Shown one piece after another: positions 11,340 through 24,639 of a stretch of 64,000 nucleotides of DNA. The stretch's first letter is position 1. Each line of letters begins with the position of its first letter. The stretch spans positions 62,001 through 126,000 of the forward strand of contig NW_024055909.1 of assembly GCF_902713615.1 (NCBI RefSeq), given 5' to 3'. The translations under genes and the position numbers were made by a program. The notes below the pieces were generated by a model, which was not told the DNA's origin, ran no database searches, and saw nothing but the letters and a program-made list of their open reading frames with translations. Source of the stretch: Scyliorhinus canicula (lineage: Eukaryota).

Positions 11340-12270
11340 ATCCGGCTTCATTATTTGGTTGCTTTGCAGTTTAGCGAATCTTCTACAGGAGCAGGAATAC
11401 AGATGCATGGTGAATTCCATTGCTTTATATGTACAGTAACTCACCAAGGTTCCTTAGTTGGCACTTTCCAAACCCACGGCCACTGCCGTACAAGAACGGC
11501 AGATACCTGGGAATACCACTATCTGGAGGTCTCCCCCCCCCCCCCCCCCCACCCCCACCCCCACCAAGTCACCCACCACACTGACTTGGAAATATATCGG
11601 ATGTTCCTTCACTATCGTTGGCTCAAAATACTGGACATGCCACGCCCCCTATCAGTATTTGGGGTGTACAAACACCTCAGGGACTGCAGTAGTTCAAGAA
11701 GACAGTCCAGCGCCACCTTCTAAAAAGGAACTCTTTGTACGGACACTTCTGGAGTATTGTGAACAGTTTGGTCTCCTTTTCTGAGGAAGGATGCTCTTGC
11801 TTTGTAGGAAGTGGCGCGACGGTTTACCAGACTGATTCCTGAAATGGTGGATCTGTCATATGCGGAGAGACGAAATTAGTCATGATTATATTCATTGAAG
11901 TTTAGAAGAGTGAGTAGATCTCATAGAAAGTTACACATTTCTAACAGGATTAGACAGGGTCGATTCAGAAAGAACGTTCCCGATGGTGGTGGACTCCAGA
12001 ACTCGGGGTCATAGTTTTGGGATATGAGGCAGACCTTTTAGGACTAATCTTGGTGAATCTGTGGAATTCAGTACCACAGAAAGTAGTTGGCAAAATATAG
12101 GTTAATTTCAAGAAGGAATTAGATATAGCTCTTAGAGAAAATGGGATCAAAGATATTGGGGGAAGGCGGGATCAGGGTATTGAACCTGATGATCAGCCAT
12201 GATCATAATGAATGGCGGAACAGGCTCGTAGGGCCGAATGATCTCTTGCTGTTTCTCTTATCTATGTATG
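11340..12270 (+). mobile_element. L2/CR1-like 3' fragment followed by a CR1 3' fragment
   Basis: 11340-11720 matches the minus-strand element at 36240-36690 (gacttggaaatatatc...ttccttc). 11725-12270 is the CR1 3' module. Confidence 0.65.
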
Positions 12271-12608
12271 CTTCTGTGGAACAGTATCTGCTTCATCACA
12301 CATCGGCATAAAATCAATTCTCAGTAATGGACCCGTCTCAGTTACATGGAAAATGATCACAGTTCAGCTTTTTGCGCAGCAGTCACTGCACTTCCTAGTT
12401 CCTCAGTCTGATACTGTGTCTTATGATCGTCAGTATCTCTGATCAAAGCGCCTATCTAATGGCAGTTGCAGAGCGAAACTTCGCAGTGACATTCTCCGCG
12501 GTCACCCTGCCCGCAGGTTCCGTTAGCTGTTCTCTATTGAACCTCCCGGCCTGTTCTGTGCTATTGGAGAGATTGCTGCAGCTATTCCGGAACAGTAACA
12601 AGCAGCGA

Positions 12609-12647
12609 GGTTTTTGTACAGTGAATGCCGGGATTTGTCTGAGTGTG
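12609..12647 (-). other. 23-RSS with variant heptamer
   Basis: On -: CACACTC (12647-12641), 23 nt, perfect ACAAAAACC (12617-12609). Confidence 0.88.
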
Positions 12648-13082
12648 CGGCTGAATCGCACAGTAATAAACAGCGCCATCAGCGTTCTCCGTGTTTTTAA
12701 TGAGCAATTGTCCTCGTTTGTCGTCACTGTAAAGATTCAGTTTAAAACGACCGCTTCGGCCGTCGCTGGTCGATGTTTTCCTTATAATCCATTCCAGTCC
12801 CTGACCGGGTTTCTGTTTGTACCAATGCATAGCGTAAAAGCTCGATACCTCATAGCTACAGTCTAGCAGCACGGAATACCCTCTCTGGACACTTTTCCAA
12901 GCAGGAGATTGAAGCACCCGGTCCGAGAAACATCCACCTGCGAAAAAAATAAGAACAAAACACTGGAACAACAGTAAAATAAAATAAACAAACGACATGG
13001 GTAAGGTGGTGCAACTCGTGTACCTACAGGTTAGCATCGTCAGAATAAAGGATAATATATTTAATTGTACAATGCTGTACAT
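12648..13082 (-). CDS. Apparently functional TCR V segment (Valpha-like); leader 13082-13028, V exon 12937-12648
   Basis: Leader MYSIVQLNILSFILTMLT|gtaggt, acceptor tttttcgcag|. V exon: DRVLQSPAWKSVQRGYSVLLDCSYEVSSFYAMHWYKQKPGQGLEWII...SGRFKLNLYSDDKRGQLLIKNTENADGAVYYCAIQ. Both Cys and the Trp present; short C'-C'' region as in TRAV. CRE-like TGATGTCA at 13182-13189. Confidence 0.88.
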
Positions 13083-15235
13083 CACTTCAATTAAAATGTC
13101 AAATCTTGGTGAGAAAGCGGGACACAGATCAGATTTGAAGAGAATGAATGGAGTGGGAGAAGTGTTGCAATGCCGGCTGATTGATGTCAGTGACGCGCAC
13201 TTATTGTCTCAGTCACGTGCTTTCCCTGCGCTTGCGTTGCTTTGAACCGGATATTGACCTGATGGAGGAGGTGATTTATTGCTGTCCGCTGCTCTTTCAC
13301 CGGGTGTTTCACATGTGAACATATCAGTTGTCTAAAGACCAGGGTGTTCTTCTCCCTGTGGAGTGAAGAGAGGCGAACCGCATCCCTTTCTCAGCATCAC
13401 TGAGTGAGGGAGAAATCTGATCGCCCGGAGCCGAACTCAGTCAAGCCCTTTCCAGACAGAGTGAATGAATGCTGAGGGAAAAGACAATAATTGACACGAG
13501 GACAGCTCGATGAGCCATTCCCTTACTGCATGTATGGAACCTGCGGTATATGCTTCACAAAGCAGTCAGCAAATAGAGTAAAATCTGATTGACCCTTTTC
13601 TCATAGGATGGATGAAAGCTGTGAAAAGCTCCTCTGTACAAACGTCAACATATTCAAGAAAGAAGAGCAGCTATGTCCTGATTGGTTGTGTGGGATCTGC
13701 AGCAGTCACTGTATTGGTCCGGTCAGTTATTGTCTCACTCTATCTCACTGCTTATCAAACGCTTCAATGTCTGATGCATAGGTGTTCTCAATACTGTCAT
13801 AACGTCCTCTTCGGTCAACAGGTTGTGAACGACCGGTCACTGTTGTTACGCTAACATGATAAACTTAGGGCCCCCTTTTTGTTTAGTTGACTGTACGTGT
13901 GCATGCATTCGGTACCGATGGTGTTTGCAATGTGGGATATCTCAATTGGGATAATTCTGATTGTAACTGTTTCTGTCACGTTTGAGTGTAATTTTATCTC
14001 ATATTTCCCCAGAGTCAGGTCACATTGCAATGCTGATTGTCTATTGAGACTGACACGCAATCCCGTGTCGCTATTTCTCAACTCACGACTCAATACAGTT
14101 ATGTTTTCTGAAAATGTGCACTAAATTGTAATGTTCTGCGTAAGATTCACATTATTCAACACTCTCGCACCCGGAGTCAGTTTCGCCTCAGGGAAGTGTG
14201 AAGATGGCCTCCTGTCGCGAATGGCAGCGGGGTAGCACAGTGGTTAGCACAGTTGCTTCGCAGCGCCATATCCCAGGTTGGATTCCCGGCTTGGGTCACT
14301 GTCTGTGCGGAGTCTACACGTTCTCCCCGTGTCTGAGTGGGTTTCCTCCGGGTGCTCCGGTTTCCTCCCACAGTCCAAAGATCTGTAGGTTAGCTGGATT
14401 GGCCATGATATATTGCCCTTAGTCTCTAAAAAGGTTATGGTGGAGTAACGGGTATAGGGTGGTTTGGGGCTTAAGTGGGGTGCTCTTTCCAAAGGTCGGT
14501 GCAGACTCGATGGTCCGAATGGCCTCCTTCTGCACTGTAAATTCTATGTCCTAAATTCGACATTAGGGTAGCGAATGGATTTTTATCCTGTGGGATTTGA
14601 ATTGAAATCCAGACGATTGTGAAGGATTAATGTTCTTCGCAAACTGAGCAAGCTGCATTTTCCTCAGAAATTCAGGTTCGGGCAGGGGGATGCGGAGTGT
14701 AGTTATATTGATTTCTCTCATATTGTAAGTCGCCATAGTTCCAGATGACCAGAGGCGGTATTCCTCTTTTTGGGGGAGAGTTGACTGCTGCTGATTTTAC
14801 CTGAGAAAAGCGGGGCATTCCTGATAAACCTCAGCCACAACGGGAATTGAACCCAAGCTGCTGCCCTTATCCTGAATCACCAACCAACTCTCCAGCTAAC
14901 TGAGCTAAACTGGGCCTTACATTGTACAGTATTTACCATCAGCTAAATATGGAGAATCTCCAGTGGTTGACAAGGAAACACCAAAACCTCAATACGTCAG
15001 AGCACCAGCTGATTGCCATGGAGTATATATTGTTCTTTTATTTTCATAGAATATCTGCTGCACAAGGATGCCATTCGGCAGACAGAGCCTGCACCGACCG
15101 TTGGAAAGAGAACCTTACCGAGTCCCACTCCACCACCCTATCCAATATAGGGCAATTTAGCATGTTTAATCCACCAAACCTGCACATCTTTCTGACTGTG
15201 GGAGGAAACAAAAACAGTCGGAGGAAACCTACATA

Positions 15236-15577
15236 TAGAACATAGAACAGTACAGCACAGGCCCTTCGGCCCTCAATGTTGTGCCGAGCCATGATCACCC
15301 TACTCAAACCCACGTATCCACCCTATACCCGTAACCCAACAACTCCCCCCTTTACCTTACTTTTTTTTTTAGGACACTACGGGCAATTTAGCATGGCCAA
15401 TCCACCTAACCCGCACATCTTTGGACTGTGGGAGGAAACCGGAGCACCCGGAGGAAACCCACGCACACAGGGGGAGGGCGTGCAGACTCCGCACAGACAG
15501 TGACCCAGCCGGGAATCGAACCTGGGACCCTGGAGCTGTTAAGCATTTATGCTAACCACCATGCTACCATGCTGCCC
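15236..15577 (-). mobile_element. tRNA-derived V-SINE (HE1-like), near full length
   Basis: tRNA-like head with B box (GGTTCGATTCC) and central gggtttcctccgggtgctccggtttcctcccacagtccaaagatgtg block. Nearly identical to 48291-48632 and 52294-52634. Confidence 0.85.
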
Positions 15578-16970
15578 CATATATACAGGGAGAACATGAA
15601 AACTACACACAGTCACCCAAGGGAGGAATTGAACCAGGTTCTCTGGTACATCCCAAAGCAAGGACTACGTGCTGAGGGATGCATTAAATATTGAGACACA
15701 CGACCGAGAAATGCAAACAGGGAGGTCGCTGCATCAGGTCTCTCAGCTTTAATGGACCGACCCAAGTACACACTGCTTGGGCTATAGGAATTACATTGAA
15801 TGAATACGGTGAATATTAGACGTATTGCAATTGTACAATTATTTATTTAGTGATAGCCAAGTACCTAAACCAAACAGCTCATTTTGATCTTGCTATGTCG
15901 AGTGCGCATAGGCCTACATTGAGTCTGTACATTGGACGTTCTTCTAGGCCCAATATTGCATAGATTTGAAGCAACTCAGAGTTGAACTTGTTCTATTACA
16001 CGATGAAATGCAATTGCACTTTTTGTAATGACCATTTTGAAATGACTGTAATGTTCGTTTGAATATACAGAAGTACCTGAGAGTGCAACTTAATGTCGGC
16101 AGAAAACATGCACAGTATCGCACATTGCGTGATGGCTATTTTGAAATGTTTGTAATGTTCTTTCAGATATTTATGAATAAATTGTATTCCCGCAAGAAAG
16201 AAACACCAGGTTTTGCCACCTTTCTGAACCTCTGCTATTCACCTGGACTTTATAGACTTGGATCGGAAACAGGTGTAATTTCTCAAGGTTTTCGGATACA
16301 AGGAGATGTTATATAGTTAGCTGTGGAGAGACGCAACGTGGGTGCAAAGGGATATGTGGAGTTTATGTAAATGGACAATTGAGAATTGGAATATTATTAG
16401 GAAAATTGATGAGGTAATTTACTTTGGTAGTAAGAGATAGGAATTTAAAAATATATATAATCGAACCCTGCTGGACAGGGTAGATTCAGGAAGGATGTTC
16501 GGGATGGTGGGGGTGTCCAGAGCCTGGGTTCACAGTCGGAGGCTACGGGGCAGACCGTTTAGATAAAGATGAGGAGACATTTCCTACCCAGTGAGAGTGG
16601 CAAACCTGTGGAATTCTCCACCACAGAAAATAGTTGAGGCCAAAACATTGCATATTTCCAAGAAGCAGTTGGATATAGCACTTGGGGCGAAGGGGATCAA
16701 AGTTTATGGGGGGAATGCGGCATCAACATTTGGAGTCGAATGGTCCGCCATGCTCGTCATGAATGGCGGAGCAGGCCGAAGGGTCGAATGGCCTCCCCCT
16801 GCTCCTATTTTCTATTTTACGACAATAGTGAGAAATTGTTGCACGATAGTGTGCACATTCGGACACATGCTGGCTTGAGGAGATTTAAATCAATACCAAT
16901 ATCCTGGAGGCAACAGGCATCAAGGAGATTAAAGAGATAAGGTGGATTGCGGCCATGGAGCCAATTGTAT

Positions 16971-17315
16971 GGCAGTACGGTAGCATTGTGGATAGCACAA
17001 TTGCTTCACAGCTCCAGGGTCTCAGCTTCGATTCCGGCTTGGGTCACTGTCTGTGTGGAGTCTGCACATCCCCCCCGTGTGTGCGTGGGTTTCCTCCGGG
17101 TGCTCCGGTTTCCTCCCACAATCCAAAGATGTGCAGGTTAGGTGGATTGACCATGATAAATTGCCCTTAGTGTCCAAAATTGTCCTGAGTGTTGTGTGGG
17201 GTTACTGGGTTATGGGGATCGGGTGGATGTGTTGACCTTGGGTAGGGCGCTCTTGTCAAGAGCCGGTGCAGATTCGATGGGCCGAATGGCCTCCTTCTGC
17301 CCTGTAAATTCTATG
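16971..17315 (+). mobile_element. V-SINE (HE1-like), full length
   Basis: ggcagtacggtagcattgtggatagcac...ttcgattccgg...V-domain...gtaaattctatg. Related copies near 6123, 14230, 20810, 32365, 35075, 37165, 40220, 44545, 45690, 46660, 47140, 50238, 53720, 61950. Confidence 0.85.
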
Positions 17316-17869
17316 ATAATCTATGTATCAAGAGAATGTGAATATCAGTATGTTTCGTGGACAAAACTTTATGTAGCTCACGAGCCCAGGGTGTGATGAG
17401 GAAGGGTTAACCTTCGACAAGTTAAGACATAGAGAAATGAGTCATCAACAGTGCTATCAAGCAGCACGTCCTGAGCAATAACCTTCTCACGGACGCTCAG
17501 TTTGGGTTCCACTGGAGTCATCAGCTCCTCATTACAACCTTGGACATAAGAGTTGAATGCGAAAGGTGAGAATAACTGCCCTTGACATCAAGGCAGTATT
17601 TGACTGAATAAGGCATCAAGGAGCCCTAGCTAAACTGGATTCCATGGGAATGAAGGGAAACTCTCCGCTCGTTGGAGTCATATCAGGCACAAGGAAGATG
17701 GTTGTGGTGGTTGGAGGCCAACCATCTCAGCTCCAGAATATCACTGCAGGAGTTCCCCAGGTTACTGTCCTGGGCCCAACCATCTTCGAACCCAGATCCC
17801 CAGATCATCATCCTGGGTGTCTAGATTACTAGTCCAGTGACTATACCACTGCGCTACCACCTCCCCTAT

Positions 17870-18650
17870 AGAACACCACCTCTGAAAATGGGATAACTGC
17901 GTCAATCCCTTCTCACACATGAAACAGGTGAATGGTGCTTCCCAGTGTGAACCCACTGGTGATTCAGCAGGGTGGATGACTGAGTGGATCTTTTCCCACA
18001 CACGGAGCAGGTGAATGGCCTCTCACCACTGTGAATTTGCTGGTGAGTCAGCAAAAACGTGTTACTTTTAAAGCTCTTTTCCCAGCTGGAGCATTTAAAA
18101 GGTCTTAAGTCAGAGTGAATAAGTTGGTGTGAAGTGAGGTCAGTTAGTTGACAGAATCCCTTCCCACAAATGGAGCAGATGAACAGTTTCTCGTCGGTGT
18201 GAGTTCTCTGGTGTTTGTGTAAGTTAGATAACTGAGTGAATCCCTGACCGCACTCTGACAAGATGAATAGCCCCTCCCCAGTGCGACTACGTTGATGAAG
18301 TTCCAGCACAGACAGGGATCTGAATCTCTTCTCACAGTCCCCACATGTCCACGGTTTCTCCATTGTGCTAGTGTCCTTGTGTCTATCCAGATTGGATGAT
18401 CAGTCGAATCCTCGTCAACACACAGAACGTGTGTACGTTATCCCCTCGCTGTGAATATTGTGATGTTTTTCAGGCTGTGTGACTGGTTAAAGCTCTTTCC
18501 ACAGTCAGTTCACTGGAACACTCCCACTCCGGTGTGTGTGTGTCTCGATGCTTTTCCAGTCACATTGATGTTTGAAATCTTTGCGCACTGACAGAACAGA
18601 CAAACACATTGACAGTTTGTGATATTTAGATCCTAATGAATTGAGTGACT
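17870..18650 (-). pseudogene. C2H2 zinc-finger gene exon, degenerate
   Basis: ORF 17902-18363(-) has repeated CxxC...HxxxH with TGERPF-like linkers, some fingers broken (CSSWEK, LELHQRSR). Further fingers with stops and frameshifts in 18365-18600. Confidence 0.88.
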
Positions 18651-20246
18651 GTCAGATCTTGATGTTATATTTGTTTCGAGTTGCCCAGCTGCCAATCCTC
18701 CTGTTCAAATGCTTGAAAAAGAAGTTTACAAAAATGATCACTGCAAGAATAGGATATAAATTCACAACAGATCATTCTAGTTTCTATCGAACCTTCTTTC
18801 CTCTCTTGCTTTCCCCAAGCATGTGGTCCAGTCAAAATAAAAGACCAAAATCAGCTAGAAGCCCCAACAAAAGTGTTAGGGAACCTTCCTAACTGAACCA
18901 GAATATTGTTCCCAGTGTCTCTGAAACTCTCTGTCCACTCAGGAATCCACTGGTTGTGGAAGGTGTCAAGCATTCCGGTGGATTCCACATGCTCCCTCTG
19001 CAGTGCCACTGGGAATAGACAAGACCACGGAACAGCGGTAGGCAGCCAGAGTAACCACCCACCTTCAAGAGCCTCAGCCAGCTACAAATCACTGTTTTAA
19101 CCAGAACCAAGAGTAGATTCAGGATGTCACATTGAGCACAAGCATATTAGATATTATAGACTGTAAGGTCCACAAACTCTGTCAAGGTGGCTGCAACTTA
19201 ACATGTTATTATGGACATTAAACTGAGGGCGATATTCGAATCTGTGACCAATATTTAATTAAACACGGACCTGAATAAGGGAACTTTGCGGTCACCTGTG
19301 AAGTTTAAATGTCTCGTTGTGTCAGGATGAACCAGCATTTGAGGAATATGAAATCTCTGGACTGCTGGTCTCCAAGTGCCATATTGAACACAGGAGAATG
19401 AGCTCGAATTGGGACAGAGATAAGCATGAGTGAGCATCGTAAACTGCTATTGTACTGGGGTGTTCAGGGTTTCACACTTTTAACCCTGCAGTTAATTGTC
19501 AGGCATGAAGTGTAATAACCCCTGAACAATGCAAATGTGTGTGTAAGAAGCATCTGAAGCACCAGGAACCAGCTGAACCAGCAGAGCTGAATGTCTCCCA
19601 GTGCAGCCACAGGACTGACCTTATTCCAGCTTCCAAGTCCACCTGAGAACCAACCTCCTCGCTATTCATCTACAAGAAGCTTCAGAGCCTCATGATAATT
19701 ATTTATTTCTAAAAACGCTTCACTCCAACTAAAGGATCAGTTAAACAAGAAGACAACAGGCCTGCAGTAATATAAAGATTGCAGTCCACATTCCATTTTC
19801 ATCATTACACCATCAACTTGATCTGTACCTAATTTCCTGTATGTGTCAGTGAGTGTGAAAGAGACTGAGATGTTCAAACATCCAGGGAAATAGTGTGATA
19901 ATAAATAATGTTCTATCCGTTAGAAATCACCAGTAAGCCTGCTGCTGAAATGTATTTTAAATAAAGAAATATCACCTGATATTGAACTGGAAAGGACCAC
20001 GAAATGTAATCAAACGCTGTATAACTCCCTTCAGGTTGCTATACAGAGGCTGCAGCCTCTCACACTGAATGTCTACGTAATCCAGAGGCACCTCCAGGCA
20101 ACAAACATCCATCAGCTTCAGCCTGGGAGTGGGTGAATTTTTTTACAAACCTGTTTTCTTTTCAAACTTAGCGGGCACTAGGACCCAGCTGGGAACAGAA
20201 ACCTTCAGGTTCCTGCCCACCAGCTGTTGCTTCACCAAGACACCAG

Positions 20247-20256
20247 CGCATGCGCT
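20247..20256. promoter_or_regulatory. NRF1-type palindrome
   Basis: GCGCATGCGC in a GC-richer patch between the two divergent ZNF fragments. Confidence 0.45.
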
Positions 20257-21121
20257 CTGCTTCCCCAAGCTGGCGGCTGTGACGCAGGGCCTGGTCCCGG
20301 GAGAGAGAGCTGACCGGCGGTGGTGACCTGAGGATCACCACACCTCAGGCAAGGGGCCAGGTTGGGAAGGCGGTGCCTTCAGGAATAACTGGGAAGGTGA
20401 TGTTTGGTCAGTTGCTGCAGACTGTGTAGTGAAGGTGCTGTCACAGTGGTGTGAGGCAGCAAGTTTAAAGTCATTTGGCACTGGCTGTGTAAAAACATTC
20501 TTCCTCGTACCTCCTGGACCATGTACATGCATAGATACAGAACAACGTAGTAAATAGAAGCAGGAGGCCATTTGGCCCTTTTGGGCCTGCTCCACCATTC
20601 ATTACAATCAGAGCTGATTAGGCTCAATAGCCTAATCCCGCTTTCCCCCATATCCTTTGATCCCCTTCACCCTAAGTGCTGTATCTAATTACTTCTTGGA
20701 AACATGAAATGTTTTGGTCTCAATTCTTCCTGTGGCAACGAATTCCACAGGCTCACCACTATCTGGGTGAAGAAATTTCTCCTCACCTTTGCCCTAAATA
20801 ATTTGTCATAAAACACGGAACATACAGTGCAGAAGGAAGCAATTCGGCCCATCGAGTCTGCACCGACCCACTTAAGTCCTAACTTCCACCCTATCCCCGT
20901 AACCCAATAACCCTTCCTAACCTTTATTGGTCACTAAGGGAAATTTAGCAAGGCAAATCTACCTAACCTGCACATCTTTGGACTGTGGGAGGAAGTCGGA
21001 GCATCCGGGGGAAACCCACGCAGACACAGGGAGAACGTGCAGACTCCGCACAGACAGTGACTCAACGGGGAATCGAACCTGCGACCCTGGCGCTGTGAAG
21101 CCAGTGCTAGCCACTTGTGCT

Positions 21122-21438
21122 GCCAGACTGCGGGAAGTGTTATAAAAGTTCTGGAGAACTGATGAACCATCAACGTGTTTACACTGACTACAGACCGTTT
21201 AGCTGCTCTCACTGTGGGACTGGGTTCAGAAGATCATTTCAGCTCACTGTTCATCAGCGAATTCACACTGGGGAGAGACCATTTACCTGCTCCAAGTGTA
21301 GGAAGGGATTCACTCAGTTATCTGCCCTGCAGAACCATCAGCGATTCACATTGGGGAAAGACCGTTCACCTGCTCCGTGTGTGGGAAGGGATTCACTACT
21401 TCATACCACCTGCTGAGACACCAACGAGGCCACAAGTA
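21122..21438 (+). pseudogene. C2H2 zinc-finger fragment
   Basis: [20 protein letters not shown]...[36 protein letters not shown]..., then a frameshift; 5' end abuts a SINE. Confidence 0.85.
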
Positions 21439-21719
21439 ACCACAGTGAATGGATTTTGATGTTACTCACATTCAGGGCTGAACCATGTTCATTTAGGTCT
21501 CTTTCTGCTGATAACAAACCCATTTACAGGGGCTAATATTCTGTGGAAAAGTCAAGTTAATCAGATTTGTGTTAAACACGCAGTGTTGAAACTTTTTAAC
21601 ATCTCTGACAGAAGTTAGTTCCTTTCGAAGTTCTCTCGTTCTCCCCTGTCTCTTCCATCCTCACCTCCAACAGAAGTGTGGGGAGCTTGTGGAGGTTCTT
21701 TGTGACTGAGATTGAGTAA

Positions 21720-22190
21720 ATCGTATCAGCTGCCTCTGCTGCTTCCCTCCCTTCCACGAGCCCACCGGACCAAACTGTCTCGAAATTTCATCCTTTCCCG
21801 AGCCCTGAACCCACATCTTTCTCTAGTTTCTCTCCCATCTCCCCTCATGCCCTCTCGGAGCTCATCTTGTCCATAAGACCCAGCTCCTGCTCCATCGACC
21901 CTATTCCCACTGAGCTACTGATCAGCCAACTACCCTGCGTCCATGGATATTGTCAACATTTCTCTCCCTTCAGGTACTGTCCCTCTGTCCTTCAAATCTG
22001 CCATCATCACCCCCTCCTTAATAAAACAAAGCCTTGACCCTGCCATCCTTACAAATTACTGCCCCATCTTCAACCTCCATCTCCTCTCCAAACTATTTGA
22101 ACTTGTTGTCACCTCCCAAATCCTTGCCTTTCTTTCCCAGAACTCCCATGTTTGAATCTTTCAAACAGGTCTCTGCCCTGTCACAGTAAT
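21720..22190 (+). mobile_element. L2-like LINE reverse transcriptase fragment
   Basis: IVNISLPSGTVPLSFKSAIITPSLIKQSLDPAILTNYCPIFNLHLLSKLFELVV resembles the RT N-terminal motif (K.A...P..K...D....YRPISNL..LSK.LE). Confidence 0.75.
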
Positions 22191-22460
22191 GAAATATGTT
22201 CACAAGACCAAAAGACAAGGGTAGCAACACAGTCATTATCGAGAGACAACAATACCTGCTGGAGACAGACAGAGAACAGAACAATGCAAATCACAACACC
22301 AAGCTACCGACACCCATACACCCGCGACAGGAAGGAGAATTGGAGACAGACTGGAAGAACTCAAAGACTCCAGACACATTAACCAAAAACAACAGTTGGA
22401 ACCAAGGAAGTTCTACCGGCTCCCTAAAATACCCAAACAAATGGACAGTACCAGGGAAAT
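22190..22460 (+). mobile_element. Penelope-like RT fragment
   Basis: TRPKDKGSNTVIIERQQYLLETDREQNNANH resembles the Penelope KPADKG..VVI.DR..Y motif. Confidence 0.55.
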
Positions 22461-23874
22461 ACCACCAGACAGACCCATCGAATCAGACTGTCAGAGAGAA
22501 AATCCAACAGAACCATAGAGTATACAGTGCAGAAGGAGGACATTCGGCCCATCGAGCCTGCACCGGCCCTTGGGAAGAGCACCCGTTTCAGTCCATGCCT
22601 CCACCCTATCCCCGTAACCCACCAACCTTTTTTTGGACACTAAGAGGCAATTTAGCATAGCCAATCCACCTAACCTGAACATCTTTGGACAGTGGAGAAA
22701 ACTGGAGCACCCTCCCTCTTCTCGGTCTGGGTTCGGTTCTCCAGATCCTGCCTACAGACTGACAATAAAATCAATGGGTCTGATTGGGAGTTTGGGGCCT
22801 CCAGCGGGTGTTTGTGAATCCTCCCCGCCCACCTGCCAGGGTTTTCTTCCTTGCCAGAGATCAGAGTCCTCATTGATTTGAGTGCAAAGTGTAAGCTCTT
22901 ATTTATTATCCCCCTCCCCCATCCTCTGATGTGAACCACCCTCCAGTGTGTGAAGCAGGATGGTGCCCGTTAACCTGGGCCTGTTCCCAGGAGGGAGGGA
23001 GAAGCTCCATAGCTGCAAATCAGGGAGCTGACATTGATTGTGAACAGAGTAAGAAGTCTTACAACACCAGGTTAAAGTCCAACAGGTTTGTTTCAAATGA
23101 CTAGCTTTTGGAGCGCTGTAATATTTCTTACTGTGCTCACCCCAGTCCAACGGCGGCATCTCCACATGATTGTGAAGAGTTTGCTCCAGCTTACAATGCC
23201 CGGTGTCTGATGACGGCAGGTTCGGACCAATAGGAAGATGGGAGGTAGCTGGAGGACCGAACGAGAGCGGCTGGTCCTCCAATCAATCAGAGTGAATGGG
23301 AGGCGGAGCAAATCCGAGGCTCTTGCTCCCTGTGCATGCATCCGGCTGGCGGCTGGTACACCAACCAATCGGAGTGAACGAGAGGTGGGGTTGGTCCCGG
23401 ATCTCCCGCATTGGCTGACACGCTGCATAATTTTGAAAGCAGATTTGTCTCAAACTGCAGGAGAAAACTGGAATTTCTGTTTGTGGCTTTAAACAGATGA
23501 GACCCTGTGGGTGTGTAGCAAACATTTCAACATTTGTTACTGAAATGTGGCAACATGATGAACCAATCCACCAATAATTCAAGGACTTACTTCAAGGAAT
23601 AACTGGCAGACAGGAAATACCACCACTAGAACAAGAATTGTTTTTCATTGCAATAACGAGGACAGGTTAGGGGGAAGGTTAATACTGTGACCATTCAAAG
23701 GTGGCACGGTAGTGCAGTGGTTAGGACTGCTGCCTCACGGCCTTGAAGTTCTGAGTTTGATCCAACTGCAATTCTGTCGTTTTCAGGTTTCCCATCACAC
23801 TTATGCACATAAGCACCCCACACACACTCACAGACACACAGAAGCACCCACACACTCACAAAGGGACACTGTTT

Positions 23875-24219
23875 GGGCAGCACGGTAGCATTGTGGATAG
23901 CACACATGCTTCACAGCTCCAGGGTCCCAGGTTCGATTCCAGCTTCGGTCACTGTCTGTGTGGAGTCTGCACGTTCTCCCCGTGTGCGCGTGGGTTTCCT
24001 CCGGGTCCTCCGGTTTCCTCCCACAGTCCAAAGATGTGCAGGTTAGGTGGATTGGCCATGATAAATTGCCCTTAGTTCCAAAATTGCCCTTAGTGATGGG
24101 TGTGGTTACTGGGTTATGGGAATAGTGTGGAGGTGTTGACATTGGGTTGGGTGCTCTTTCCAAGAGCCGGTGCAGACTCGATGGGCCGAATGGCCTCCTT
24201 CTGCACTGTAAATTCTATG
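23875..24219 (+). mobile_element. V-SINE (HE1-like), full length
   Basis: Same structure as 16971-17315. Confidence 0.85.
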
Positions 24220-24639
24220 TAACTTCCAGCCCGATAAGATGGACATTTTTCCTCACACTAACCAACTTGACTGTTATTGCAGTTAAGTCCACAATTTTGG
24301 AGAAGTTCAAGTGAACCTATTCCTTTGGGACTGTGAGGAGTTTTAACCATCCGGTGATCAGTGTGAGATTGTATACAATGCAGGGCACCATCCTTCAAAA
24401 ATTGCAACAAGTACTTTCCTCTTGGCATTACTGATGATGCTAATTCCCCTGAGTTTGATGGGGTGATGGAGAGGAATCTAAGACATGTTGTTGAGATCTA
24501 CCATGCGGAATTAGTGAGGTCTTGCGACACTAAAACTCAGTAGAAATTTGAGTTAAAACTTCTTGGATGCAAACAAGAATCTTTTATTGCCTCTATTTGA
24601 TTACAATTAGAAGCTTAAATATTATTCTCTAATAAGTGC

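Noticed and set aside
1274-13082. NAR-TCR V or supporting Vdelta identity for the TCR Vs
   Set aside because: All intact Vs have their own leader and no IgNAR-like framework or V-D-J-V arrangement is visible.
13600-14124. Two CCAAT boxes and a VTLQC-like peptide, a possible further V pseudogene
   Set aside because: No Trp/YYC motifs, RSS or convincing leader.
16971-17045. tRNA-like sequences with A/B boxes
   Set aside because: SINE heads; no complete cloverleaf and each continues into a SINE body.
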